Of a stretch of 64,000 bases of DNA, positions 26,437-40,493 are shown piece after piece. Both the position numbers and the translations under genes were made by a program. The stretch lies in assembly GCA_003971905.1 (NCBI GenBank), contig RSEE01000019.1, forward strand, positions 372,001-436,000, read 5' to 3'. The first letter of the stretch is position 1. The number at the start of each line of letters is the position of its first letter. Origin of the DNA: Moniliella sp. 'wahieum'. Its lineage: Eukaryota. The notes under the pieces were generated by a model. That model saw only the letters and a list, made by a program, of their open reading frames with translations. It was not told the DNA's origin and did not search any database.

Positions 26437-27784
26437 TTACACGCCACCAGGATCGAAAACTTGCGCACAATGCTCGGACCGTGCTCGTCATAGTCCGGCC
26501 TTGTGTAGCAAAGTTATAGAAATCGGTAACGAACCAGAAAGAGCCACCATACCAAACGGCGTAGCGCTGCTCTTGTTGAAATAACGTTCACGTCCATTCC
26601 TGACGAGCGAGCGTTCCCGCCAGCCGCAAGTTCGGAAGCGGCAAGGCGACGATCAACAATGTCCCGTAGGTCCTTCTTCAGTCGGGCCCCAACGTGCTGG
26701 AACATGGTTGACCCCCCCGAAGGACAATGTTCTTGTACAACCCTCTGCGCACGTCGGGCTACCCTGAATCACATTGTCCACCCCTCGGGAAGAGGGGTGA
26801 GGAAATCCGAGGAGAGGATCTCCGGGTTGAAGAAGATCTCAGGTGAAAGGAAGCGCTCGTAGCCCACGTCCACATCGTACGTCTTGTTGGTCACCTTGTT
26901 CTCCCCGTAAAGCGTTCAAAGTACTTGTAGGGTCCGCGTCGTACTTGCGGAACTCGCGAACAATATCTTTGGCAAACATAGCAATAGTCCTCCTTGCTCT
27001 TTTCGTCGGCAACCCGACGGCTGTCCTCGGGTGGGATGTGGGCGGCCTCCCCGCGGTCACGGAGCAATTGTTGGACAAAGTAGGTAATGTCCCGCCCGAT
27101 GGGGATGTGCTTGATCGAACTTCCAATCACGTAGCCCTCAGCAACCGGAATGACGTGGGTCACACCATCGCCCGAGTCAACGACAGTACCGGTCAACGTA
27201 CGGTCGGTCACCTTATTGGACGTCCAGGAGCTGCAAGAGCCAAGACAGCCTGAACAGCAATGTAAAGCCCCTTGATGTTAAACGACTCGAAAAAGATTTC
27301 GGCCGTCATCTCGCGGTTCTCAGGCGGGTTGAGCGGAGGTTCAGTGAGCATGGCATAGTGTTCTTCGGGCTCGGCGCGAAGGTACTTGAAGATGCACTGT
27401 TCCCAGTACCGCTCCATATGGTCCCAATTGTCCACGAGACCATGACGAATCGGCTGTTCGACTTGGTACGACTTGGCATGAGCGAACGCCTCGTCACCAA
27501 TGTAAAAGTCCAAGTCTTCGATCCCACGCTTCGTTGCCAGGTTGCCAGCACCTCCTAGGCCCGCTGGCTTGGTTGGCACGCTTGGCCGCCCGGAACCCGA
27601 CGAAGCAGCGGCGCCGCCTTGGGGGCGAAGCGCGATGGCGGTGGGGAAGACAAATGAAGGCTCCGAGTTGCCGGCATACCTGCGGGAAGGATTAGCATGG
27701 GCACAGAGGAGCGAGGAATGCAACGCACCCGATCTTGGAGAAGCCAGTGCCGTTGTCGAGGATGATGACGTTGGAGCGCGACAT
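26437..27784 (-). CDS. ARP3: Actin-related protein 3 (Arp2/3 complex)
   Basis: [60 protein letters not shown]. Confidence 0.95.
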
Positions 27785-29499
27785 GCTGGGCACTGCAACA
27801 AGGCTGCGCCAGAGAATGGTGGGGGGCTGGGAGCGACGCAGCGAGGCAATGGCCGTGCACACCGCCTGCCCTGCCCTGCCCTGCCCAGCCTGCCGGCGCA
27901 GGCACCACGCCGCGCTTCCGTCAGCGAGCGGCCGCTGCTTACATCAGCATCCCAGCCGCCACAGCTGCGTGCGAATCTTAATCAGCACGGCGCGTCCGGG
28001 GTAAACCTTCCAGCTGCAGCATTGCGATAACGCTTCTCTCACTATCATCGTCATCAGGCCTCTCTCCGAACGGGATCAGTACCTGCTGGGAGATTTGGGC
28101 CCCACGATAAATATGGGAGAAGGAAAGCAGGGCACCCTCTCCTCCTTTAGTTTGCTTGCCAGCCCCAAGCATGCGCCAGCAAAATACGCCTACTATACAG
28201 TAAAACGTCACTTCTATTTTGCACTCTCCCGTCGGCATCTCCCTAATAGATAAAGTTGTCTCTCCGCGCGCTCCGTGGTCTGCATTGCCTTTTATCCTCA
28301 GATTATGGCATCTGCTATTGCATGACGACCAAATCCTGGCTGCGGACATTGTGCTTGCTCCACTGGAACGTGTCGACGTTGGCATCGGCACTATCCAAAA
28401 AAGTTATCTTTACGCTTCATAGATCCGCAGAGAGTATCACACACCAAAATTGCTGGTAATCTTGGCTTTTGGCTGTGTGGCCGGGAAGATGGTGGTACTG
28501 ATGGGATACGACGTCTGGATCTCTCTACGACTGAATTCGTGGCTCTGCCATTCTTTGTACCATCTTTGGCTTGTACAATCTTAAGTCGATTTTCGGTTTT
28601 TTGTTCATATAATGATCATTGCGGATAGAAAAAGGTCACCATCTCAACTGATGGATAGCCACATCTATTCCACCCCATGTGCCCGTGAACCCCATTTCGC
28701 ATCAATCACTGTACCGTCCGGTCCTCACACTAGCTTTATCACGGAGCTTCCCACACTTGGCCTCCGTTGTCATTTTTTACAACGTGATGGAATGCAAAGG
28801 AATGATTTCTCTTTCGCCATGCATGTCATGCTGTCATGGCATCTTATAAATGGTGTGTGGTTATAGAGGTTATCATGTCATCGGGGAAGACAGGATCATT
28901 TGCAGTTTATGGACTTTCGGCAGCCCTTCTTGGTTTGGAGCTCCCTTTGGCATGTTCCCAACAGTAGGAATAATGAGCTTGAGTATACGCTGTGAGAGAC
29001 GTCTGGAGGATGTGATGGTGGAGCTCTATACTTACTAGCGGAACAGGGGTGGTACGTGACGCGCATGACGTCTGAGAGAAAGCCGAGAGGGGTGAGGGGT
29101 GGAGACTGTGCGAGTGGGGGGTTCCTTCATGTCCTCGAGATTGACGATCCAACTTGAAGCCCATCCACTACTAAGAGACGCTCGCACAGTAACGTTTAAC
29201 TAGGCTACCACTAATGCGGTGGACACAGTGCTCCTGCTCCTCTTGTTTGTGGCTCTCTGCGGTGTGTGGGGCTTGTGGAACCAGGCTCGATCGGTGGCGC
29301 GGTTCTAGGGTTGGTGATGACGTCAGGAGCGGAATTCAAATTGCGCCGTGGGAGACTGACGCTGTGCGCGCATGTAGAAAAATATCGTGGGCTAATAACT
29401 CAGTTCAAACTTCCGCAGCGGCTTCGGGCGGCTTCGACTTCGCGATCATCTTGCGTTGGAGTCGACGCGGCTTGACCTTTCCACCACCACCAACACACC

Positions 29500-30749
29500 A
29501 TGCCTCCCAAGAGCAAGAAGAATGCCGAACCAGAGACGAAGGCCCGTCTGGGTCGTCCCTCTAACAAGTGCGTATATCACCTTTTCAGCTCTTTAGGCGA
29601 CGTTTGGATCGTTTATATTAACCTTGTGTAGCCTCAAGATGGGTATCGTGGGTCTCCCCAATGGGCAAGAGTTCCCTCTTCAATGTGATTGCTAAGGTAG
29701 ACTTGGGCAAGTCGGCCAACTTCCCGTACGCGACCATTGAGCCTGAAGAGGCTCGCGTACCTGTGCCCGATGACCGGTTCCTCTGGCTTGTGGACCAATA
29801 CAAGCCCAAGAGCCAGATTCCCGCCTTTTTGACTGTGATTGATATTGCCGGTCTGACTGCCGGTGCCTCGACTGGTGCGGGTCTGGGGAACCATTTCTTG
29901 TCCAACGTGCGCTCGGTTGACGGCATCTTCCAGGTTGTTCGTGCCTTTGCGGATGACGAGATTATTCACGTTGAGGGTGATGTGGACCCCGTGCGTGATA
30001 TGGAAATCATTTCTAAGGAGTTGCGCCTGAAGGACATCGAGTGGGTCGAGAAGACGCTCGAAACGGCCAAGACAGTGCTCGTGGTGCGGGCAACTCATCT
30101 CTTGAAGACAAGCGCAAGAAGGAGGAAATTGCGACGATTGAGAAGGTCCTCAACCTTCTCCAATCTGGCCGGGACGTGCGTAAGGGTGACTGGAACCCCA
30201 AAGAGATTGACACGATCAACGAAATGCACCTCCTTACTGCCAAGCCCGTTATCTATCTCGTTAACTTGAGCGAGAAGGACTACGTGCGGAAAAAGAACAA
30301 GTGGTTGCCCAAGATCAAGGCCTGGATTGACGAGAACAACCGGGTGACTCGCTCATCCCCTTCAGCGTTGCCATGGAGGAGCGTCTTGTTCCCTCGGATC
30401 GCCCGAAGCTGAGGCTGAGGAGCTCAAGACTCTTGGTCCCAATGTGACCGGGGCCTTGGGCAAGATCACCAAGGCAGGTTACGATGGCCTTGACCTGATC
30501 CGTTACTACACGGCTGGGCCTGACGAGGTACGTGCGTGGACTATCCGTTCGGGTACCGGCTCCCAAGGCGGCTGGGGTGATTCACACCGACTTTGAGAAC
30601 AAGTTCGTCTGCGGTGAAATCATGTCCTTCGATGACCTCAAGGAATACGGATCTGAAAATGCTGTGCGTGCGGCGGGCAAGTACGCTCAGCGGGGACGCA
30701 ACTGGATCGTTGAGGATGGTCGATCTGCTACTGGAAGGTGGGTGCCTAA
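29500..30749 (+). CDS. OLA1: Obg-like ATPase Ola1/YchF
   Basis: [45 protein letters not shown]. One intron. Confidence 0.95.
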
Positions 30750-30894
30750 TGGGGGTACTACTTCCAATATCATACTTTTTGAACTTGTTCCGTTATGCTT
30801 TGAACCCACGCTCGGGTCGGGATACGTTCGTCACGCGCCTCAAAACGATGGTTGCAAACGACATTTCGACCGAGGGATCATACGATCGCGTGAG

Positions 30895-31377
30895 CTACAT
30901 ATGCACCAGACGGAAGATGTCGTTGAGTACATAAAATGTCCCCTCTGGGACACGAGGGTGAAGGCCTGGGTAAACCGAAGTGGCGAAGTCATGTTATCAC
31001 CCAAAATACCCGTAACAAGCACTACGAGGCCACCGGGACCGGTGGGCTGGACATCCACAGTGACGACTTGGTGCTTGATTGTTTGGAAGGGGAATGACTG
31101 AGTTTCTCGATGATGCTGGCGTGCCGGCGTGTTGCGAACCCTCGAAGGTGAGCATCGAGTTATCGCGCTGTGGGGAAGGAGGTGAGCGACGCTCGAAGTG
31201 CCTGGGGGAGGGGGGGCGACCCGAGAACGCACATAAAGCGGCGCAAGGCCGGACGCGAGCGTCGAACTGGGTGTAATAGTACTGCACAAACTGAGGAGAG
31301 ATGCACAAGTCAGATGAACCGCGAAGAAGCAGGCAGGCAGGGGACGCAGGGCTTGCCTGATGGGCGACAGCCTCCAT
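30895..31377 (-). CDS. NTF2: Nuclear transport factor 2
   Basis: [48 protein letters not shown]. The first intron is GC-AG. Confidence 0.9.
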
Positions 31378-31843
31378 GGCGTGGGGATGGGTGTGGTGGA
31401 AACGGAGATGTGCAGGAGACGTGCTGGCTTGGCCGCCGAGGCGCTGCCGATGGCGCCGAGGGGTACCTGCTCACTTGCCGGCGTGGTCAGCGCTCCTTGC
31501 GCCGCACAGGCCATAGCCATTGCCATATCCCAGACTCAGCCCCTGCCAACCCTAGCGCAGCAGCAGCTCCGATCGGCGGGGCACGTGACGCCGAGCGTGA
31601 CGCAGGTCCTGCAATGTTCAAAGGCGGATGCGCGCGCACTCCGCAATCCGCGGCGCGGGGGCAGGCTCCGCGGGAGGCGGCAGACTGCCCCCGTGCCCGG
31701 TGGCTGGCTAATCGCCCTGGGCGGCTGCGACAACCACGTCGCAGCAGCAGGCGTGGACGCTGGCAGGCCCGCCTCGCCCTCACCATCTCCCCCCCAACAA
31801 CCACCCCCTCTCCCGCGCTCGCTCGGCCTGTCTCGTGCCCGCC

Positions 31844-33335
31844 ATGTCCTTCCAAAATGGGAAAGTCGGCCATGCGTGTGTCGAAGAACTACATCAAGGG
31901 CTACACTGAAACCCAGGTCAAGGTCCGCCAGGCCACCAGCAACGACGCATGGGGCCCCTCTGGCCAGATCATGAACGAGATTGCCCAGCTGAGCTACAAC
32001 CAGAACGACTTCATCGAGATCATGGAAATCCTCGACAAGCGTCTCAACGACAAGGGCCGCAACTGGCGCCACGTCTTCAAATCGCTCACTCTCATTGACT
32101 ACCTTCTTCATTCCGGTTCCGAGAACTGTCCTGTACTTCCGCGACAACATCTATCTTATCAAGACTCTCAAGGAGTTCCAGCATCTTGAAGGATGGCAAG
32201 GATCAAGGTGCCAATGGTGCGTTTTCCGTCTCTCTTCCTTCCGGTGCCTTGTGCCAATGCGACTCGATACTAACCTGCCTCTCCGCCAGTCCGCCAAAAG
32301 GCCAAGGATGTGACCAGCCTTCTCCAGGACGAGACGCGTCTGCGCGCCGAGCGTGCTGGACGGAATAGTATGCGGGACCGCATGATGGATCGCGACTCGA
32401 GTTTCAACGATGATCCTCCTCCCCCGCGGCGCATGGACCCCAATGCGGCTCGTCGGAACAAGGAAGACGAGGACTGCGTCGTGCCATCGAAGAAAGCAAA
32501 CGTTCCTATCGCCAAAATGAGGCCCGCCTCCGTGCCGAGCGACTGACGAAGAGATTGCAGCGTGCTTTGGAGCTCTCTCGCCAAGAAGAGAGGCTCGTAT
32601 CCGCGAGCTGGAGGAGAACCGCAAGGCACTGTTTGACGACAACTGGCGCAGCCGCTGGTTGACGTCAACGGGGCGCAGAACGCGACGTTGCAGCCTCAGT
32701 ACACGTCCTTCAATCCGTACCTTCAGCAACAGCAGACGGGATTCAACCCATACCTTCAGCAGCAGATGCAAGAACAGGCTGCTCTCCAGGCCCAGTGGCA
32801 GCAACAGCAGGCTGAGCAGCAGCGACAGTGGGAGCTTCAGCAAGCTGCCCAGCAGTACCAAGCGATCATGATGGGCCAGCAGCAGCAGTCGATGCAAATG
32901 CAAATGCAGCCCATTCAGCCTCAAGCTACTGCTGTGGGCTCTCGCAATCCTTTTGCAGCCCATCCTCAAGCGGCAGCCCCCAGCCCCAACCTCAACCTCA
33001 GATTCAGCCCGTCTTCTGCTCCGGCTCCTACCTCGAGCGTCTCCCCCGCACCACCGCAACCGATCCAGCAGACAGCGTCCAACCCACCTCCTGTGCGGGT
33101 GGATCAGTCGGGCAAGTTCGACGAGCTCAACCGCCTCCTGGCACAGGGCGATGGGGTGGATACGTTTGGCAATGTCGGGGACCAGCGCTTGGGCCATGGT
33201 CAGGGTCGGGCCAATATCATGGCGACACAGCAGCACAATGCGCAGATGGGTCAGCAAGCGTTCCAGAACGCCTTTGGTTCGGCTCCTCAGGCTGCGCAGG
33301 CGCACCAGGCCGAGCAGCCTTTCTTTCAAATCTGA
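31844..33335 (+). CDS. Epsin (ENTH domain, Ent1/Ent2-like)
   Basis: KVRQATSNDAWGPSG, ILDKRLNDKGRNWRHVFKSL, UIM-like segments, Q-rich region, NPF motif, GVDTFGNVG. Confidence 0.92.
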
Positions 33336-34436
33336 GGCTTAGCTTTCCTGTCCCTATCGTTGTCTCAGCCGCTTGCATGGCCGGTACCGATCTTTCTCTC
33401 AAATGTGGCTCCTGCCCGCCCCCATTTACCTGTTCTGGCGGCGAGGCGATGAGTCGGGTAGGACACTTGGCGCTCAAGGCCGCTTGCTGCCCAATCGTTG
33501 TATCACCCATAACCCACCGCTCTCTTTCCTCTTTTCGGCTAACAACTATATTTCCTCCCCCTCCTGCACATTTCTCGCCTCCACCGCACTTAGCTGCTTG
33601 TCCACGTGGATATTTTAAGCGATGGAATCCATTGAGAGCGGATTGCACTGGTGAGGAAACTAGAAGAGACGTGGGGACAGCGTCTCTTTGGCCTCAAATG
33701 GGCGATCAAGTGATGAAAACTCAGACGAAAGAAGGTGATGAGATTGTTTATAGCGTTTATCTGCTCCGCCAGTTGCCCGTTGGACTTGGTGCATGTAAAT
33801 ACTCATCTTGACTGCGGAAAGAGGTTGGACTTACAAAAAACCACTTGCAGGTGCGATTTTGTCTACCAGGTTACAGCTACTAGTATATCAGTCCGAGGGT
33901 CCGAGTAGGCAGAGCGATCCAACGAGTTAGTCAGGACACAGGTGATCATTAAAGATGAGACACAGAATGCTTTGAGTGGTGTCGGAGTAAGTAGTTTTTA
34001 GTATGCTTCTTCTCCACCTCATAAAATGTAGGGGATTCCCGCAGTAATGGTTCGTCCATAATATGGCCTGTGAACCTGGTGGATGGTGGTGGATGGTGGT
34101 GGATGGGAAAAGGTAGACCATTGTTTCTTGCTCCGTAAGAAATGGGGGAAATCGACTCTTGGTAAATTAGGTGGAAGTTTGACGACTTGAATAAGGCAGC
34201 AGAGAATAACGAGAAGCGAATGGACTATGTGGACAATCCGTCTCTCCAGGTTATGGAGGAGACGGTTTATGTGGGAACCAAGCAGACATCTACTCAGTGC
34301 GTACTCAGTTATACTCACGTCTAACTAGACAGTCACTGTTCAAACAGACTTTCTATATACTGAGATCAATGCTTTTCTGGGACAGCATAGGAAAAGGATG
34401 GGCCCGTTGGCAATACATTGGCGTATTGCAAGTGAG

Positions 34437-36828
34437 CTAGGGAAGCGAGTGTGGACTTATTTTTGGCCTTGCCCTTACCCTTGGCCTTCTTTTTGGGCGG
34501 GACAACATGCTTGCGGCGCTTGCCCTTGTCGAAGTTGTTGGCCCAGACCAGGTCACGGCCAAGGAGTCGGGCTTCTTGACTTGGTAAATGCGCACAATCC
34601 AATTCTCCGACGTGAACGCCTCGTCAAGAATATCGAGTTGCGGGCCCTTGGTAGCAGTGGCCGAACCACGGACGCGGTCCATGCCGGGGCGTCCACCGAA
34701 GAGCTCGTTGAAAGGGTAGTAGCTCATCTTGTACATCAGCGAGTTCTTCATCGTGTCGGTCGCACCGTCGTCAATCCGGTACTGGCCGTCAGGGTGAAGA
34801 AGTCTTGCTCACGGATCTCGTTGGACCAAACGCCTTGAGCAATGCGGATCATCCACAGATACTTGTTGATATCGTCGCCCGAAAAGCCGAGCAGCCCACC
34901 ATAGATGATCAGATGTAGTCCACATCGTGCTTGCGCAAGATGGGATACGCCTTGTGCTCCGGGCTGCTCATTGCCCGCCCGACTGTGGCGATGTGAGTGT
35001 TGTTCCACGTGTTGTTGTCCACCAGCGTTGGGCGGTCGGCCATGCCGGCAATTTGATAGCCATAATCCCACCAGCTCATCACCTTAGCGTCCGTCGGGGT
35101 GTTCTGGCGTAGCCAATAGTAGGCCTCACGGAAATCGTCAATGATGTGCTGGGAACCGTCGGGGTTACGGCTAGCCAGCACAACCGAAGGCGAGCTGTAA
35201 GCTGTCGAGGTGACATACGTGCAGTGCAACACGAACATGAGCAGCAGCAACAACGTGTATCCCGACACCAGCAAACGGCTGTCCAATCCGTAGATGCCTG
35301 TCATGTGCACCACCTTCTTGGCCGTCGCCACCGTCGAGCTAACCGTAGACGAAGCGAGTTCCTTAGCCTTGGCCGCGGCCGTGTTCTTGCCTTGGCCGTT
35401 TTAGGCTCCACCACCAAGGAGTAGAGGCAGGGACTCATCTTCATCCTCGAGCGCCTCCTCAGTCGGTCACGCGGATCCAGGTACACATCAAGCAAGTACT
35501 CACTGCCACTGCGCCCGCAACGCAGACGATAGGAGTAAGCGTAAGCATAAGACGCACCATGACCGAGGCAAAGTACGAGGCCAGAACACCGTAGATGATG
35601 ACAAAGACGTGCTCGTCGCGCATCTCACGGAACAAAGGTAGACTCCCGCGGGGAAGAGGAAAATGAGCATATGCAAGTCAAAGAAGAAGGCGGGCCAGGC
35701 GGGTGGCTGGTGTTCCGACACTGAAGCGATGATGGGATGTGCTTCTTGGCGTAACCAGTGTCCCAAAGGGAGTAGAAGCGACCACCCCAAGGAGCTACAT
35801 AACCCATGTAGGTCAACCCCACCAAAGCGGCGAAGGCCAATCCAAAGAAGCCGACCACGCCAACACGGAGGATGCGGAATTCCCGCGAGGGGACATGCGA
35901 ACGGACGAGCTCAACAAATGCAACGCTGAGCAGGCCAAACACACCAAGTGCAGCCATGTGTTCGAGGTCCGCACAGGAAGGAAGCCGACAAAGGGGACTT
36001 GCATGCTGGCCAGTGTACCGATTGTGTACCACGTGCTGTACGCCACATACAACCGCCCACTGAAGCGGCCCATGACGAGAAGAACGAAGACGTGGAGAGG
36101 AATCATGTTGGTGATGAACACGTAGCCACCCCATGCGGCAACCATGTAGAAGTAGAAGAGAGCGCATAGAGCGCCCCACATCGCACTGCCTTCCTTCATG
36201 GCCTTGATCCACAAATAAAAGGTCATCATGAGCAAGAAAATGGCAATTGCTCGTTGTCATACGAGCCAGCCACCGAGCGGGAAATATAGCCTGATATGAC
36301 AACTAGGTGAGCTGGAAATTCAGGACACGGGGGAAGAAAACGTACCAGGAGCAATGCCAACGAAGACAGCAGCCAAGAGCCCGGCTGCATCGTCCTTCAT
36401 GTGCTTGGTGAACATGTATGTTGCCCAGGCAGTCAGACCACTGAAAGCGGGAGCAAGCATAACACAGATGTTGCGAATGTCACCGGGATGTTGAGAGCGT
36501 GCAAAACATTGTAAATGGTTCCACTGGTCACCATGAGGCCGGGGTAGACGGTTCCACCTGCAGCGCGACCGAGCGGGTACCAAGCAGTGGGGTCAAACCA
36601 GTTCCAGAAACGGTAGAAACCATCCTTAGCGAGCACCTTGGTGGCGCGGAAGTTGAACCAGGGATCAAACTCGTGGATAATGCTCTCGTGACGGACCACA
36701 GCGAAGAGGCGCGACGACACGGCGGCGCCGGCGATGGTGAGGATGATGACGAGACGCAGCAGCAGCGATACGTTGCTCGCCACACCCGGGCTGAGCGTGG
36801 GCAAGCGGTAGGCGTAACCGGTGCCCAT
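34437..36828 (-). CDS. STT3: Oligosaccharyltransferase catalytic subunit STT3
   Basis: [54 protein letters not shown]. Confidence 0.95.
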
Positions 36829-37354
36829 CGTGTCGGATGGTAGGACGAGCGGCAGAAGGTGGTGGAGGAGCAGCAGCGGTCGCACCAGCCACCTCTCTTC
36901 TGCTGCCTCCCTCGGTCCACCCCGCCCCCGAATGTGCTACGTGGAGCACTGCTGGCAGCAGCGCAGCGGAATTCACGCTGCCACGTCCCAGCATCCAGGC
37001 ATGATGCATGCATGATGCATGACACATGCCATTCCGCCCTCATCAGCTGACGCGAGTCTGTCTCGCTACAAGTGCATTTTCATCACTGCAAACTGTCCAC
37101 GCCATACCCAACACCTGCCCGGACACCGGCTTGCTGGACGAGATATCCATTTTGTCGAGGGCACGCACCAAGTGCACATAGAAGCATAGGAGAGCAGACC
37201 CAGCAGTACCAAACCCAGGGACGACAGCTACAACTGTCGCGCAGCGACGCAGGATAGGTACAGAAAAGGAACACCTTGCTCCGCATAGGAGGATGAATGG
37301 GTCGACACGGAACGACAGGCCCAGCCATCCAGAAGAGGAGCCAACCAAGCTGGT

Positions 37355-37846
37355 TTAACGGTACGACTTCTGGCGGCGGGCACGGGCACCCTTGCCGCCG
37401 AACTTCTTGGGCTCCATGCGGCGGGGGTCGGCGATAAGGAGGGTCCGGTCGTAGCTCACGAAAAGCTGGCGCAGCTCCAGGGCCGACGAAGCGTCGTAGA
37501 ACTTGGCGTAGTACGCCACAAGCGCCTTGGCGATGGCTTGGCGGATGCGTACACCTGCGAGGTGTGGCCACCACCCGAGACGCGGACGCGGATGTCAACG
37601 GGGCTGCATAAAAAAACGTCAGTCGTTACAGTGGGTAACGTTAAAAAAGAGATAGAAAACGCACGCGAACTTGTCCTCCCCAACGATGAGGACCGGCTCG
37701 TAAGCTTCCAGCGGAGCACCTCGGGCTTCATGAGGTGAATGGGCTGGCCGTTGACACGGAGCAGACCCTTGCCAGCCTTGGCGTAGGCCACAGCCGTGGC
37801 GGTCTTTCTTCTTGCCGAAGCACGAAACGGCTTGGGGGTTAGACAT
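37355..37846 (-). CDS. RPS16: 40S ribosomal protein S16 (uS9)
   Basis: [49 protein letters not shown]. Coding intron plus 5'-UTR intron 37847-38009. Confidence 0.95.
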
Positions 37847-38652
37847 CTGCCATAGACATTTGGTCAGTGCCGCGTTCGAGTGGGAAGCTGCCACCACCCG
37901 CACCAGGACCACACACCATCGCTCGGCAGGAAGGTGTTACGAGCAAGTGTAACGTGTGGCATCCACCAGCGCGCAAGGATGGGCAAGCGGGTTAGGACTC
38001 GAGACTCACTTCGACGGTTGGTGTGGTTCCAAACAATCACGCTAGCCTGAATGGCGAGGTGGGCCAGGCGTCGCCAAAACGAAGGCCGGGAGCACAGTAG
38101 GCATGGCGCCAGTGTCTAAAAAACAGCCGCCAAAAGGGGACTACACTTCAGCTTGCCGCAGCTCAACCCTACTATTCCGCCGCTTGGGGTCGGTCGACGT
38201 AAAATGGTTCTTGGACTTGATCACGTGCGCCTCACTGGGGTTGTTGACGACGCGACGCTATACCTAGGCAGTATGCATTGGCATCCAGCCACAGACATCA
38301 ATGATGGCAGGCGTTTACACTCATTCCGACAGACGCTACCACAGCCTCACGGCATTCGCAAACTACTGCGAGGACCGGCGAGGTTAATGCAAATTGACCT
38401 TCACGGTCACGGCCCTGCCTACCGCGCATTATCTATGTAGGACAGGTAGATAGTCGTGCCTATGGAACAGCGGGGATAGCATGAAAACATGCAATGTGGC
38501 TAAACGATCAGCGCTGAAAGCGCGAATGGCCAGGGTAGGAAAGGTTACAAGGACACTCCGAGCCTTGCTCTCGGGCTAAAAGGAAAAATGGCCACGCCCT
38601 CCAACCCATGCGGGCAGGTTTAGGCAGGAACCGAGTAAGCCGGACGAACCGC

Positions 38653-40112
38653 TTACTTCTTCTTGCCGGCCTTCTCAGCGGCCTTGGTGGTCTTGCCACC
38701 CTTGCCGGAGGTCTTCTCGACCGACTTGATGACACCGACAGCCACGGTCTGGCGCATGTCACGGACGCGAAACGGCCGAGCGGGGGGTACTCGTTGAAGG
38801 CCTCAACGCACATGGGCTTGGTGGGGATCATCTTGACCATGGCGGCGTCACCCGACTTGATGAACTTGGGGGTCTCCTCAATGGTCTTACCCGAACGACG
38901 GTCCATCTTGGTAAGGATGGAGTCGAACTTGCAAGCAATGTGGGCCGTGTGGCAGTCAAGAACGGGCGAGTAGCCGTTCGAGATCTGGCCAGGGTGGTTC
39001 ATGATGATGACCTGGGCGTTGAACGAGGCAGCCTCCATAGGGGGGTCGTTCTTCGAGTCACCAGCAACGTTGCCACGGCGGATGTCCTTGACCGAGACGT
39101 TCTTGACGTTGAAACCAACGTTGTCACCGGGGAGACCCTCGGGGAGCGACTCGTGGTGCATCTCGACGGACTTGACTTCAGTGGTCACGTTCGCGGGAGC
39201 GAAGGTAACGACCATGCCGGGCTTGATCACACCCGTCTCGACACGGCCGACGGGACAGTGCCGATACCACCGATCTTGTACACGTCCTGCAGGGGGAGAC
39301 GCAGGGGCTTGTCGGTGGGGCGCGAGGGGGGGTCAATGGCGTCAATGGCGTCAAGGAGGGTCTTGCCCGTGGCCTTGCCAGCCTTGGTCTCCTTCTCCCA
39401 ACCCTTGTACCAGGGCATGTTGGTGGTGGCCTCAATCATGTTGTCACCGTTCCAGCCCGAGATGGGGACGAAGGGAACCGACTTGGGGTTGAAGCCGACC
39501 TTCTTAATGAAGGTCGAGGTCTCCTTGATGATCTCGTTGAAGCGGTCCTCCGAGTACTTGGTAGCGTCCATCTTGTTGACGGCAACAATGAGCTGGCGCA
39601 CACCAAGGGTGAAGGCGAGCAGAGCGTGCTCACGGGTCTGGCCGTCCTTGGAGATACCAGCCTCGAACTCACCAGTGCCGGCGGCGATGATGAGAATGGC
39701 GCAGTCAGCCTGCGAGGTGCCTGTGATCATGTTCTTGATGAAGTCACGGTGGCCGGGGGCGTCAATGACAGTGACCTGGTACTTGGGGGTCTCGAACTTC
39801 CACAGGGCAATGTCGATGGTGATACCACGCTCACGCTCAGCCTTGAGCTTGTCGAGCACCCAGGCGTACTTGAACGAACCCTTGCCGAGCTCAGCAGCCT
39901 CCTTCTCGAACTTCTCAATGGTACGCTTGTCGATACCACCGCACTTGTAGATCAAGTGGCCGGTCGTGGTCGACTTACCGGAGTCGACGTGGCCGATGAC
40001 AACGACGTTAACGTGAAGCTGAAGGTGAGGGCAGTAGTTAGCATGCAGCTGAGAATGAAACAGAGGGGAAGGCGCGCGCGCGCGGCGCGAGACGTACCTT
40101 TTCCTTACCCAT
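38653..40112 (-). CDS. TEF1: Translation elongation factor 1-alpha
   Basis: [58 protein letters not shown]. Confidence 0.98.
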
Positions 40113-40493
40113 GGTGAACGATGTGAGTACCGGTGGTGGTGGAGGGTGGCGAAGCGGCGGGGAGCGAGACGCCTTTTTGATGCTGCCAAGCGGCAGGATT
40201 TTTTTTTGTGTCTTCCACAAGCACAGAGCCAGTGTACTGCTTATCGAACGGAAGGGTGGGCCGCCATGACACTGGGCAGGCGCCCCCTTGCTGGCGAAGA
40301 ATGTTGGCTGCCCTCCCGCCTGCCCTGCACCGCGCCTGTCATGTTGCAATTATGTAACCCAACACACCGTGTTCTGCACACAGCGTGAGCAAAGGAAAGG
40401 TGAAATGTTGAAGCTCTTTACCCCACGTCTGCTGGCTCAGCGCTCACGGCGCGCTCACAGCCACCATCCACCACCCCAGTGTCACCCAGATTT

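Noticed and set aside
24598..27890. (AGCCC)n upstream of CDC3 and (CTGCC)n upstream of ARP3
   Set aside because: Ordinary short microsatellites with no further evidence of function.
38940..39950. Long plus-strand ORF
   Set aside because: Antisense shadow of the codon-biased TEF1 gene.
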